Assembly: GCA_030264375.1 (NCBI GenBank)
Contig: JASCQW010000032.1
Coordinates: forward strand, 37,438,910 to 37,502,909
Origin: Carcharhinus longimanus
Taxonomy: Eukaryota
Length of the DNA stretch: 64,000 nucleotides
Direction of reading: 5' to 3'
Shown: positions 24,127-37,130 of the stretch, in pieces
Numbering within the stretch: position 1 is the first letter of the stretch
Layout: every line of letters begins with the position of its first letter
Translations under genes and position numbers: made by a program
Notes under the pieces: model-generated
Told to the model about the DNA's origin: nothing
Databases searched by the model: none
The model's input: only the letters and a program-made list of their open reading frames with translations

Positions 24127-24899
24127 GTATGTGTGAATTTCATTTCCATATGTCTTGATCAATTAGTGATGTGTTAAGCTGAGTGAGGATAACTTTGAAG
24201 TTTTGAGCATTTGTGGCTGTTAGAAAACAGGTATAACGTTATTTGGAGTAGGTTCAAAGTTTGCGTCAAATCTAAAAATTCAACAATTCGGTGTTCATTT
24301 TTGAAGGAAACTGTTTTCATTGCAGTGGCATAAAGAAGCATTAAGAGGCTTTCTGTTTTTGTGCCTTTGCATTGATTGTGATGGTTACAAAATCTAAGTA
24401 ATATGTTACTACAAAAGCAAAATACTGGAAATCAGAAATAAAATCAGAAAATGCTGCAAATACTCAACAGGTAAGGAAGCGTCTGATCTGGACAGAGAAA
24501 CATTTAATGTTCCAGGTCAGAACACTTGCTAATTGAATAGTTTCTATTTAGTTAGTACTACATTAATTTACTGGAAATGGATTAAGAGAGCTTAATGAAG
24601 ACATGGAAAATGTTACTAATGGAAGGCCTGATATAAATGGTACTAGAAGTTGAGGATAATTGTGAATTTGACCAACCTGGAATATATTTGGTTTATATTC
24701 CAAATATTTCCCCCTTTTTATATTCAAGAAGTATACTTATTAGAATAATTCTGTATTCCTTCTCAATGCATATATATGTGTTCTTNNNNNNNNNNNNNNN
24801 NNNNNNNNNNNNNNNNNNNNNNNNNNNNNNNNNNNNNNNNNNNNNNNNNNNNNNNNNNNNNNNNNNNNNNNNNNNNNNNNNNNNNTTCTTTCCATCCAG

Positions 24900-25068
24900 G
24901 GGATTGGTTTCTAGATTTGTTATACAAGCACAGACTGCTTCCCCCATATTTACGCATGTTTATGCTGCTCTTGTGGCAATTATAAATTCGAAGTTCCCTC
25001 AAATTGGGGAGCTAATTCTCAAGAGATTGATCCTTAATTTTCGTAAAGGGTATCGCAGAAATGATAAG
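24900..25068 (+). CDS. CWC22: CWC22 exon, MIF4G ([56 protein letters not shown])
   Basis: ccatccag| ... AAG|gtgagc; 169 bp. Confidence 0.97.
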
Positions 25069-25196
25069 GTGAGCAAATATTGGTTTCAAATAATCATATT
25101 TTTGCTGTAACAAAAGCTATAATGAATCTAGTTTAAAAAATATTAGATTTTGTTTTCAGTTGATTTACCAAAAATTATAATATTTTTCCTCTCCAG

Positions 25197-25250
25197 CAAC
25201 TGTGCCTATCAGCCTGCAAGTTTGTAGGTCATCTCGTTAATCAGAATGTT
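25197..25250 (+). CDS. CWC22: CWC22 exon (QLCLSACKFVGHLVNQNV)
   Basis: ttcctctccag| ... GTT|gtaagt; 54 bp. Confidence 0.95.
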
Positions 25251-25567
25251 GTAAGTACAGCTATAAATTCCTGTTTCTGCCAGTGCCTATGTAAAGATGG
25301 TTGTCTGTTCAGTTCCATTTGCAGTTCAGGTGGTTGCCTGCAAACTGGTCCTGACTATTTAGAAGAATTTTGTTGGAAGTTGGGAGTCAGTTTTACACTG
25401 ATTCGTGGAAAAACAAATGAACATCTCAATGAGTTTTTAATAGATTTTTAATTATTCTAGAAGTTTAAGTAGTCCTAAATTGGATGGCCAGTGCACGGTA
25501 TATTTGTTAGTCCTGCAACTCTTAATAGTTAGCTTTTAATCTAAAAGCAAATATGAATTTTTTTAAT

Positions 25568-25950
25568 TGGAGGTGGTGGCGTGGTGGTATCATCTCTAGA
25601 CTAATAATCCGAGACCCAGATTAATGTTCTGGGGACCCTGGTTCAAATCCCACCATGGTAAATGGTGGAATTTGAATTCAATAAAAATCTGGAATTAAAA
25701 GTCAAATGATGACCCTGAAACCATTGTCGATTGTTAAAAGAACCCATCTGATTCACTAATGTCCTTTAGGAAATGTGCTATCCTTACCTGGTTTGGTGTG
25801 CCTGTGGCTCCAGAACCACCGCAATGTAGTTGCCTCTTTAATGCCCCCTGAAAAAGCCTGAAAAGCTACTCAGTTCAAGGGCAAATAGGGAGGAGCAACA
25901 AATGCTGACCTTATACCAGTCCCCACATCCTCTGAAAGATTACGAATAAA
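25568..25950 (+). mobile_element. tRNA-derived SINE, second family, with LINE-derived tail
   Basis: A box ggtggcgtggtggt, B box ggttcaaatccc, tail ccccacatcctctgaaag...aataaa. Homologous to 45640-45970. Confidence 0.8.
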
Positions 25951-26819
25951 TCAGCAAAAATTATACGTGTATTTTTAATTTTTTTTAAATCTACATTTGC
26001 TGAGAATTTGTTGATTAGCTCAGCTGATGAATCAGAAGCTAGAAATCCCAATGTTTCAGATTACCAGTAAATGTATCTTGTTAAATTTTGATTCAGAAGT
26101 CAAATCCAATCCCTGTTCCACCTGTGTATGTTCGCCTCCTTTATGCTTCCACTTCCACTTCCATTTTGTTAACTCTACCTTATCTGCTACTTAAACCTTC
26201 ACCTATACCTGTCTGCCTCCAGATTTTCCAATATGTATCTCACTGTCCNNNNNNNNNNNNNNNNNNNNNNNNNNNNNNNNNNNNNNNNNNNNNNNNNNNN
26301 NNNNNNNNNNNNNNNNNNNNNNNNNNNNNNNNNNNNNNNNNNNNNNNNNNNNNNNNNNNNNNNNNNNNNNNNNNNNNNNNNNNNNNNNNNNNNNNNNNNN
26401 NNNNNNNNNNNNNNNNNNNNNNNNNNNNNNNNNNNNNNNNNNNNNNNNNNNNNNNNNNNNNNNNNNNNNNNNNNNNNNNNNNNNNNNNNNNNNNNNNNNN
26501 NNNNNNNNNNNNNNNNNNNNNNNNNNNNNNNNNNNNNNNNNNNNNNNNNNNNNNNNNNNNNNNNNNNNNNNNNNNNNNNNNNNNNNNNNNNNNNNNNNNN
26601 NNNNNNNNNNNNNNNNNNNNNNNNNNNNNNNCTCAACTCCGGTATCAGCCTAGTAAACCTCCTCTGCACTCCCTCCAAGGCCAAAATATCCTTGCGCAGG
26701 TGCGGCGAGAATCTTTTTTCCAATCAATGCACCTCATAATTTCTAGATTTTTGTCAAGTCTCCCTTCAGCCTCTGCCGCTCAAGTGAAAGTAACCCTAGT
26801 TGTCCAACCTCCTTTTCTA

Positions 26820-27470
26820 ATCCCAACCCCTCATCCCAATGGCATTTCCATTATCCAAACCCCACTGTTAACATCCAGGGCATCATCAGTGACCAGAAAT
26901 TTAATTCAATCAGATATGTAAATGCTGTAGCTATAAGACCAGAAGCTGGATAATCCATGACAAGTGACTCACTTTCTGGTTCTTCAAAGCCTTTTCATTC
27001 ACCCACAAGGCTTAAGTCAGGATTGTGTTGGAATACCCTTCATTTGCCTGATTGAATGCAACTACAACACTGAAGAAGCTCAGCACCGTGCAGGATAAAG
27101 CAGCTTGCTTGACAGGCACCCCACCACCATCCTTAAATATTCATTCCTTTTACTATTGATGTACAGTGGCTACAATGTGTACCATCTGCTGGATACTCTG
27201 CAGTAAGTCATTGAAGCTACTTTGGCAACATTCTCCAAACCCTGGGAGGTGCATGGAACACCAACACCTGTAAGTTCCCTTCCCAAGTCGCACACCATCC
27301 TGACTTGAAACTAAATCATCATTCCTGCATTGATGTTGGGTCACAATCCTGGAACACACCACCTGAAGTGCAGCAGTTCAAAAAAGTGGCTGACCCTCAC
27401 ATTTGCAGCTGCATTTGGGCATTAACAGTAAATGATGGCATTGAGAATTCTGCTTTCATCCTTTGATTTT
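26820..27470 (+). mobile_element. CR1-group LINE 3' fragment
   Basis: caggataaagcagcttgcttgacaggcacccc; same family as 14450-15175. Confidence 0.65.
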
Positions 27471-27835
27471 AAAAGAGTCCTGCTCATGTTTCACCTTCTC
27501 CCCACTAATTTTTATTTGGACCCTGACATGATGGCTTGATTTATGTGACCTTGTTGCACTTGAACACTCACCTTCTTCAGTTCCACCTCATACCCTCTCT
27601 CCTCCTTACTGTGTTCTATGTATCATCCTTCTGCTCCCATGTTGGCGGCAGAACCGTGTCAGTCATCATCAAGCTACTTCATGCTGTGTTTGCTGCACCT
27701 CAAATAACTTAATCTATTTCTGGATCAAATATGTGGCTATTCATTGTTCTTCCTATACTGCTTTAATTTTCCTATCATGCAGCATTTTGGGACATTTGGG
27801 TATGTCAAACTTGATATACAAATGCAAATACAAAT

Positions 27836-28066
27836 CATAGAATCCCTACAGTACTGAAGCAGGCCACTCAGCCCATTGAGCCTGTATGGACAACAATCCC
27901 ACCCAGAACTTATCTCCATAACCCCATGTGTTTACCCTGCTAATTCCCTTAACTTGCAGATCTTGGGACCCTAAGAGGCAATTTATCATGGCCAATCAAC
28001 CTAACCCACACATCTTTGGATTGTGGGAGGAAACCAGAGCACCTGGAGGAAACCCACGCAGACACA
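27836..28066 (-). mobile_element. HE1-type V-SINE truncated by a gap
   Basis: catagaatccctacagt...gaggaaaccagagcacctggaggaaacccacgcagacac. Confidence 0.88.
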
Positions 28067-29324
28067 NNNNNNNNNNNNNNNNNNNNNNNNNNNNNNNNNN
28101 NNNNNNNNNNNNNNNNNNNNNNNNNNNNNNNNNNNNNNNNNNNNNNNNNNNNNNNNNNNNNNNNNNNNNNNNNNNNNNNNNNNNNNNNNNNNNNNNNNNN
28201 NNNNNNNNNNNNNNNNNNNNNNNNNNNNNNNNNNNNNNNNNNNNNNNNNNNNNNNNNNNNNNNNNNNNNNNNNNNNNNNNNNNNNNNNNNNNNNNNNNNN
28301 NNNNNNNNNNNNNNNNNNNNNNNNNNNNNNNNNNNNNNNNNNNNNNNNNNNNNNNNNNNNNNNNNNNNNNNNNNNNNNNNNNNNNNNNNNNNNNNNNNNN
28401 NNNNNNNNNNNNNNNNNNNNNNNNNNNNNNNNNNNNNNNNNNNNNNNNNNNNNNNNNNNNNNNNNNNNNNNNNNNNNNNNNNNNNNNNNNNNNNNNNNNN
28501 NNNNNNNNNNNNNNNNNNNNNNNNNNNNNNNNNNNNNNNNNNNNNNNNNNNNNNNNNNNNNNNNNNNNNNNNNNNNNNNNNNNNNNNNNNNNNNNNNNNN
28601 NNNNNNNNNNNNNNNNNNNNNNNNNNNNNNNNNNNNNNNNNNNNNNNNNNNNNNNNNNNNNNNNNNNNNNNNNNNNNNNNNNNNNNNNNNNNNNNNNNNN
28701 NNNNNNNNNNNNNNNNNNNNNNNNNNNNNNNNNNNNNNNNNNNNNNNNNNNNNNNNNNNNNNNNNNNNNNNNNNNNNNNNNNNNNNNNNNNNNNNNNNNN
28801 NNNNNNNNNNNNNNNNNNNNNNNNNNNNNNNNNNNNNNNNNTCTTCACCCTGAGGTCGAAGGCCTGGATATAAGCCAATGTTGGCTTGTCAGGATCATGG
28901 ACTTCATGATGTTGCAGTGCCCCATCATCTGCTTACAGGTGGCTTTGTGGGCTACCCACATCAAATGAGGGCTGATAACACAAGTGTGACATTTAGTTTC
29001 AGTTTACCATTGGTGTGCAACCACAGAAGGAATTTATCTTCAATGCCCACAATCCTGACAACCCTGTTGTTGCTTTTATCCTTCCAACACTCTCCAATTT
29101 CCTTTGCTTTGGATCCTCTAGACAAAACAACAAGATAGTTGCTCAAGTGGCAAGTGCTACACCCTTGATGTATGGCTTGGCACATGCTACCATCTCACCA
29201 CACAAGATTAGGAATTCTTCAACAAGAACCCTGGAGTCACAAGAAACACTGAAACAATCCATTGGTCTTTTAAAACAGCTTTCACAGATGGAGCTCTCCA
29301 TATTTATTGTGATATGCCCTTTTC

Positions 29325-30560
29325 TTTGATTTGATTTTTGTCACATCTGTTGGCATACAGTGAAAAGTATTGCTTCTGCGCACTATACCAACAAAGCATA
29401 CCATTCATAGAGAAGGAAACGAGAGAGTGCAGAATATAGTGTTACAGTCATAGTTAGGGTTCAGAGAAAGATCAACTTAATGCAAGGTAGGTCCATTCAA
29501 AAGTCTGACGGCAGCAGGGAAGAAGCTGTTCTTGAATCCCTTGGTCTGTGACCTCAAACTTTCATATCTCTTTCCCGACGGAGCAAGGTGGAAGAGTGAG
29601 TGTCCAGGGTGCTTGGGGTCCTTAATTATGCTGGATGCTTTGCTGAGGCAGCAGGAAGTGTGGACAGAGTCACTGGATGCGAGGCTGGTTTACGTGATGG
29701 ATTGGGCTACATTCACCACCTTTTGTAGTTTCTTGCGGTCTTGGACAGAGCAGGAGCCATACCAAGCCGCGAAAGAAGGCTTTCTATGGTGCATCTGTAA
29801 AAGTTGGTGAGAGCTGTAGCCAGTCTTTTGAGAAAGTAGGGGCATTGGTGGACTTTCTTAACTATAGCGTCTGTAGTCCAGGACAGGTTGTTGATGATCT
29901 GGATACTTAAAAACTTGAAGCTCTCGACCCTTTCTACTTCATCCTAGTTGATGTAGACGGGCGTGTTCTCCTCTACGCTTCCTGAAGTTGATGACTATCT
30001 CCTTCGTTTTGTTTACATTGAGGGAGAGATTATTGTTGTAGCACCAGTTCACCAGATTCTCGATCTCATTCCTTTATTCTGTCTTGCCATTGTTTGAGAT
30101 CTGTCCCACTCCGATGGTGTTGTCAGCAAACTTGAAAATCAAATTGGAGGCGAATTTGATCACACAGTCAGGTGTATAAAGAGTATAGTAGGGGGCTGAG
30201 AACACAGCCATGTGGAACACCAGTGTTGAAGATGATTGTGGAGGAGGTGTTGTTGCCTATACTTATTGTGGTTTGTGAATTAGGAAGTTCAGGATGCAAA
30301 TGCAGAGAGAGGAGCTGAGGCTCAGGCCACAGAGTTTGGAAATAAGTTTTGTGGGTATAATAGTGTTGAAGGCTGAGCTGTAGTCAATAGGAGTCTGACA
30401 TAGGTGTATTTTTATCTAGGTGTGTTCCAGGGTTGAGTGCAGGGCCAGGGTGATGGCACCCGCTGTGGACCTGTTGTGGCAGTAGGCAAACGAGTGGATC
30501 CAGGCAGTCCAGGAGACTGGAAGTGATTTTGTGCCATGACTCAACTTCTGAAGCACTCTG
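29325..30560 (-). mobile_element. Rex1/Babar-clade LINE, 5'-truncated
   Basis: Minus-strand [31 protein letters not shown]; (ATCAA)n tail at about 29325-29340. Confidence 0.8.
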
Positions 30561-30689
30561 CAATCTCTGCAGTCTCACAGGAATGAGGCCCCAACTATTA
30601 TCTTCTGGAATCCAGAAGCCACCCGGGGATGGAATGTTTGCAATACATATTTCCAAGAACTATATGCTTTTTAAAAAGGCTGGAAGAAC

Positions 30690-31737
30690 ATTGAATTACT
30701 AGGGCACTTCTTTGAGAACTGACCAGTTTTCCCATTTAAAAAAAGGTTATAAGTTCACTTTGGACTGTTGAGTTGCCATTTTCAGGAAACCAAATGATTT
30801 CAGCTAAATGACCCATAAAGACACCTGAGGAGATGAGAGCGATTTGCTTATTTGAGTTACAATTACTGGAGGAAAATAATTATGTTTCAGAGTCTCAGGC
30901 CCTGATAATTTTATTGGAAACCACCTGACTGCGAGGAGTTTCTGTTTTGAACTTGTGATTTGGACTCAGTTTTGGGAATGAACCAAAAGGGGAAGGTTGT
31001 GCAACTCGCTCTCTCACTACCTTGCCTGAATTCCATTGCAGTTATGTGTCCAGCTACAGGTCCTCATCTCCACATGATTTGAAAGCCTGAGAAGCTGAGC
31101 CAAGAGAGAAGTCTTAAGGACATTGACCCTGCCCTGTTCTCCTCCACACCAAAATTCCTTTGGAAAGAACTTCCAGACAGCTACAAAGACAGTATTCTAT
31201 CTTCACACACAAAATCACCAGATTGACAGCGTCAAACCCCTTCAGATTTTGGATGTAATTTTCCAGCCTCGCTTGCCCCGAAACCAGAAAATCCCACCCG
31301 AGGCCACTGGACTTGCTCTGATCCACATGGCAGGTGGGATGGTAAAATTCCAGCCTTTGTCTTTTCTCATAAGGTTTTCCTATTGGCCAGAAGGTGCTTT
31401 TCTCTTAAACGCCAACCTCTGCAAAGACCCAGTTTGTTTTGTCTTTTGTGTGTAGATATGTTGGAATTTAAAGAGGTATATAGTTACATTTCCAGATTAC
31501 AGATTGTATATTGGCCAGTTTTTGCAAGTTGTTTTCCAAAAGCCGTTTTGTACTAAAGCAATCATTGAGGTTATTGAAAGGCAGCTGGTTAAAATCACTC
31601 TTACTCTAGGTGTAACAGCAGCAAAAATAAATAATTGGTAATTTTGGGTGAGTGAAGTAAACATTTATTCCTGATGTGTGACCTGTGGAATAGCGGGACT
31701 GGAGAAACTGCACACTCCTCTTGTTCCACTTGTAACA
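30690..31737 (+). mobile_element. Possible solo LTR
   Basis: Ends in ...tgtaaca after an aataaa; general LTR-like composition only. Confidence 0.35.
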
Positions 31738-32210
31738 GAAACACGGTGGCCTACATAACAAGGCTTTGCTTTCGTTGAAAGTAACTTCTGAACCTCCCAA
31801 TATGAACCCATCATCTCTTTACATTACATCCATTTCAGACTGCCCGTCACAAAATTGCCTTGGTCAACATCATTCAATGAAGTTACGCACAAAAATTTTC
31901 ACCAACTTCATCCAGCAATATATCAAGAATACAAAAAACCCTTGTAATCCCTGATGTTGCAGATTAAACCATCAGTACTACAAATTCTATATTTGATTCC
32001 ACTCCCTTCTGACCTCAGGGAAAAGTGGTGTAAGCTGCCAGACCAGATAATGATATAGCATTAATAGCAAGGAATTTGAAGGGGGTGGTGGGGAAGATCT
32101 TTTTTGTTCAATGCTCCATGAGAGAAAATAATTATTTTTATAAGTGACATAAATGCTAGATTTTAAAATTATATACCAAAAAAACTACTTGTTTCTTGCT
32201 TCTGAATTAG

Positions 32211-32346
32211 GCTCACGAAGTGCTTTCTCTGGAAATGCTCACATTACTGCTGGAGCGGCCCACAGATGACAGTGTTGAAGTGTCAATTGCTTTTCTGAAG
32301 GAGTGTGGAATGAAGCTGACAGAGGTTTCTCCTCGAGGCATTAATG
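32211..32346 (+). CDS. CWC22: CWC22 exon ([24 protein letters not shown]...VSPRGIN)
   Basis: gaattag| ... G|gtgact; 136 bp; PTDDSVEV motif. Confidence 0.97.
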
Positions 32347-32431
32347 GTGACTGTGCAGCTGAACTCATGTAGCATTTTAGTAACATTAACTCCAATTTTG
32401 CTTCTTGCTCAATTTGTGATTTTTGTTGCAG

Positions 32432-32638
32432 CAATATTTGAACGTCTTCGCAATATCCTTCATGAATCTCAGATTGATAAACGTGTCCAGTATATGATTG
32501 AAGTGATGTTTGCAATTCGAAAAGATGGATTTAAGGATCACCCGATCATACCTGAAGGTCTTGATCTAGTTGAGGAAGAGGATCAATTTACTCACATGCT
32601 TCCTTTGGAAGATGAATATAATCCTGAAGATGTGCTCA
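32432..32638 (+). CDS. CWC22: CWC22 exon ([38 protein letters not shown]...NPEDVL)
   Basis: ttgttgcag| ... A|gtatgt; 207 bp; preceded by an 85-bp intron. Confidence 0.97.
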
Positions 32639-33402
32639 GTATGTATTTGAATAAAATGTTCTATAATTTCCCAACAGCTGCAAATAAACTATGTTGTGTA
32701 CTTGTAAGATTTTGATGCAAGTGTGCTGAATCTTGGCTCTTGATTTTCATCTTTTCAGTTTTATACAGTGGAGATTTAACGTCATGTACAAAATAATGTC
32801 TTGGAACAGTGTGGTGATTACATTAGTGTATAAATAATGCAAATTAATATATATGGATTTATTCAAAGCTACCAACACAGGTGGGCTCATCTTCTAATGG
32901 AATGAGTGATGAGCATTCAGATGTTCACTGCTATTTTGTGTCAGGAGCCAGAGGAAGTCTGGATGCATGTGCTTAACTGAGAAGGTCAGACACCCAGTGG
33001 GCAGAGGTGTGCTGCCTGGACCTCCATGGATGTCTTGAACATTGACCTCACCCTTGTGGACTTGGGCTCAATACCCAAAATTTGTACAGAATATTTGAGC
33101 CGTTAAATCACCTCCACCAACAACACCCATCGCTCAGCCCTCCAGCTGTGTCCACTTCTAATCCATTGGGTAGTTCTTTTAACGCATCAGGTAGTTCTTT
33201 TAACGTCCATTGGGTAAAGAATAGAAAAATGCTGTCAGAACCTGAATGCATTTGTGAGCAGCTGTATCCACTTAATTCATTGACTGAACACACGAAAAAA
33301 TGCACTCAGGCCTAATGCATTTTACTATTTATTTCAAGTACTTTTTGATTTCATGTCAAGACTTTTCTATGTTTCCATACATTAAATTAAAGGCTATACA
33401 TA

Positions 33403-34490
33403 ATAAGAACATAAGAAATAGGAGCAGGAGTAGGCCATCCAGCCCTTCGAGCCTGCCCCGCCATTTAATAAGATCATGGCTGATCTGTCGTGTCTCAGTT
33501 CCACATTCCCACCCTCTCCCCATAACCCTTAATCCCCTCTCTTNNNNNNNNNNNNNNNNNNNNNNNNNNNNNNNNNNNNNNNNNNNNNNNNNNNNNNNNN
33601 NNNNNNNNNNNNNNNNNNNNNNNNNNNNNNNNNNNNNNNNNNNNNNNNNNNNNNNNNNNNNNNNNNNNNNNNNNNNNNNNNNNNNNNNNNNNNNNNNNNN
33701 NNNNNNNNNNNNNNNNNNNNNNNNNNNNNNNNNNNNNNNNNNNNNNNNNNNNNNNNNNNNNNNNNNNNNNNNNNNNNNNNNNNNNNNNNNNNNNNNNNNN
33801 NNNNNNNNNNNNNNNNNNNNNNNNNNNNNNNNNNNNNNNNNNNNNNNNNNNNNNNNNNNNNNNNNNNNNNNNNNNNNNNNNNNNNNNNNNNNNNNNNNNN
33901 NNNNNNNNNNNNNNNNNNNNNNNNNNNNNNNNNNNNNNNNNNNNNNNNNNNNNNNNNNNNNNNNNNNNNNNNNNNNNNNNNNNNNNNNNNNNNNNNNNNN
34001 NNNNNNNNNNNNNNNNNNNNNNNNNNNNNNNNNNNNNNNNNNNNNNNNNNNNNNNNNNNNNNNNNNNNNNNNNNNNNNNNNNNNNNNNNNNNNNNNNNNN
34101 NNNNNNNNNNNNNNNNNNNNNNNNNNNNNNNNNNNNNNNNNNNNNNNNNNNNNNNNNNNNNNNNNNNNNNNNNNNNNNNNNNNNNNNNNNNNNNNNNNNN
34201 NNNNNNNNNNNNNNNNNNNNNNNNNNNNNNNNNNNNNNNNNNNNNNNNNNNNNNNNNNNNNNNNNNNNNNNNNNNNNNNNNNNNNNNNNNNNNNNNNNNN
34301 NNNNNNNNNNNNNNNNNNNNNNNNNNNNNNNNNNNNNNNNNNNNNNNNNNNNCCCCTTAACGAAACCGTGCTGCGTCTGCTGTATCAAGCAATTCCCCTC
34401 AAGATGCCTCGCTATTTCCTCCTTGATGACGGATTCCAACATTTTACCCACAACAGATGTTAAACTAACTGGCCTACAATTCCCTGCCAT
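33403..34490 (-). mobile_element. Young CR1 LINE spanning a gap
   Basis: GNCRPVSLTSVVGKMLESVIKEEI...QHGFVKG on the right flank; CR1 tail on the left flank. Confidence 0.85.
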
Positions 34491-34803
34491 ACAAATGCAT
34501 AACAAAGCACTACAGTTCCATTCCTTGTGCTGCTGACATCAAACAGGGTGTGGTCTTGGCCTCAATAATATCTTTGCAGATGATGCATCCTGCACCTAGG
34601 ACAGTAAGTCCCTTAAGCTCCAGCACAAAAAGATAAGGCTGCACTTTTAAATTGCAGCAAGTACCACAGCCTCAGATGACCAGATGATCTGATCTGTTAT
34701 TTAACAAACTTGACATTTCAAGCATCATCGCAATCACTTTAGTTTTAGTATTATTTAAATTCTATTGGATGTTTTTTCACAATTAAAACTCTTTCAAATA
34801 TAG

Positions 34804-34866
34804 ATGTCTTCAAGATGGATTCGGACTTCCTTGACAACGAACAGAAGTACAAAGATCTAAAAAGAG
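34804..34866 (+). CDS. CWC22: CWC22 exon (NVFKMDSDFLDNEQKYKDLKR)
   Basis: aatatag| ... G|gtaaat; 63 bp. Confidence 0.93.
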
Positions 34867-35229
34867 GTAAATTTTGTAATTCATCATTTCATGAAAAACT
34901 AAAGTCGCCTAAATGTACAGTAGAAGTTAGTGCTTATTTGTCTTTAAAATGGATATGTGTGTGTGAGGATTGAGGATGTAAAAGTAGTTCAGTTAATTTT
35001 TATTCAGCCATTTCTTGAATTCTCACCAGATCAAGATTTATTCTTTTCTCCATGTCATATACTCGTTCTTTGTATGTTGACCATCGGTTCTTTGAGTGAT
35101 CTATGTATAACTGTATTTAAGCTTAAGCACTTCTGGAAACAATGATTCAGACTTCAAGGCAAGTATAACAATAAAGATGTACATTGATCATCACCATTTT
35201 AATGGTTATTATGAATGTCTTCCACACAG

Positions 35230-35337
35230 AAATCCTTGATGAAGGAAGCAGCGACTCTGCATCTGGTGATGAAGAAGCAGGTGGTGATGATGAAGATAGT
35301 GATAATGACAATGATGAGGATGGTGATGAGGAAGAAG
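35230..35337 (+). CDS. CWC22: CWC22 exon, acidic linker (EILDEGSSDSASGDEEAGGDDEDSDNDNDEDGDEEE)
   Basis: tccacacag| ... G|gtcagt; 108 bp. Confidence 0.93.
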
Positions 35338-35989
35338 GTCAGTGGTTTTTCTGTATTGCTTAATTTCAACATGGCAGGTTTTGAACTTCATTTGTTAAGA
35401 ATCCCACTGACGTTAAATGCAAGGGTATCCCAAAACCCAGAAGGGTAACTTGGAACACTGGTTCTTAGTGATATATATTTTTAATTTGGTCTCACGTGAG
35501 AAAAGATATGCAAACCAATAAGAAACACTACAGTCATGTTGTAATCAATTAGTAACGAATTTATTACCCAAACGATAACACTTAAGAAAAAAGATGATAA
35601 TACACTACAACAGCACACTTAACTAGAATAATGTTATACACACGCCAGATCTCAAGTTAACCCTTGTTCCAAACGAATTGCATTTCCAGAATTCTGAGAA
35701 ATGGCCTTTTTCCGAACAGTATCCAATCTTATATAACTGTGAATTAAATCCAACATTTGGTTACCACCCACAGGTTATTTTCTAGGTTTGGGATGACTGT
35801 CTTCTGTTCAGCATAGCAGTTCTTTTCTGTTAGTGTTTTAAAACAGCAGCTTTTAGAAATAATTTGTTTTCGGGAGAGCCGCCTTTCTCCAGCTGAGTGT
35901 GGCTACGATGCTAGCTGCATTTTTCCTGCTGTCACTCCGATATTCTCCTATGGTTATACTGCCCTTTCCCTTTGAAATTAAGCCATCTT

Positions 35990-37130
35990 AGTAATACTGC
36001 AGACCAGCCTTTTAGCATATAGCCACTGCATGAAAGGCTGTGTAGTAAGATAAGAGCCCTGGTGTTGGGGGTAGTTTATTAACATGGATAGTGTATTGGC
36101 TAACTGAGAGAAGTCAGAGAGTTGGGATAAGAGGGACAGTTTCAGGATGATGACCAGAAACTTGCGGAGCATCACAGACATCAGTTGTGGTGCCACAATT
36201 ATTTATTATATATATTGATAACTTGGAATATGGGAAGTGAATGTACTGTGGCTAAGTTTGCTGATGACACAAACAAGTGTGAAGGCAAGTGGTGAGGATG
36301 ACACAAGGAGTCTACAGATGGATATAGATGAGTTTGATAAGTGGGCAGAAGCTTGGCAGATGGAATATAATGTAGGAAAATGTGAAGTTATGTACTTTTA
36401 AATAGGGGAAAGACTGCAGAAAACTGCAGCACAGAGGGATTTGGGCATCATCGTGCATAAATCATAAAAAGCTAATATGAAAGTTCAGTAGGTAATTGGG
36501 AAGCCAAATGGAATGCTGACCTTTATTTCAAAAGGAAAACAATGCCAAAATAGACAGTCTTACTTAAACTGTGCAAGGCACTCATTAGAATATTATGAAC
36601 AGTTTTGGTCCCCTTAACTAAGGGAAAATATACTGACAGTCGAGGTAGCCCAGAGAATGTTCACAAGGTTGATCCTGGCTATGGAGGCATTTTTTCATGA
36701 GGAGTAAATTGGGCCGTCACTCATTGGAGTTTAAAAGAATGAAAGAGGAACTTATTGAGACATAAGATTCTCAGGAGGTTTGACGAGGTAGATGCTGAGA
36801 GGTTGTTTCCCCTTGGGGGAGAGTCTAGGACCAGAGAGCATAATCTCAAAATAAGGGGTCGCCATTTAAGACACATGAGGAGGAATGTCTCCACTGAGGG
36901 AAATGATCTGTCGAATACTTTACCGGCGAAACTGTGGAGCTGGGTCATTAACTATGTTCAAAGCTGAGATAGACAGATTCTTAACTAATAAGGAAATAAA
37001 AGGTTATGGGGAGAAGGCAGGAAAATGGAATTGAGGATTGGATCACATCAGACAATATCTCAATGACTGACAGAGCAGATTCGATGAACTGAATGGCCCT
37101 CTTCTGCTCCTGCCACTTGTGGTCTTATAC
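35990..37130 (+). mobile_element. CR1 LINE RT and 3' portion, apparently inserted in an LTR-like sequence (about 35420-37443)
   Basis: KFADDT at about 36254, LFPLGGESRTREHNLKIRG, and 3' UTR gaatggcccttctgctcct. Confidence 0.85.

Noticed and set aside
26088-34505. Long ORFs full of X (26088-26921, 27928-28968, 33300-34463 and others)
   Set aside because: They are open only because they run through N gaps; their flanks are SINE/CR1 sequence.
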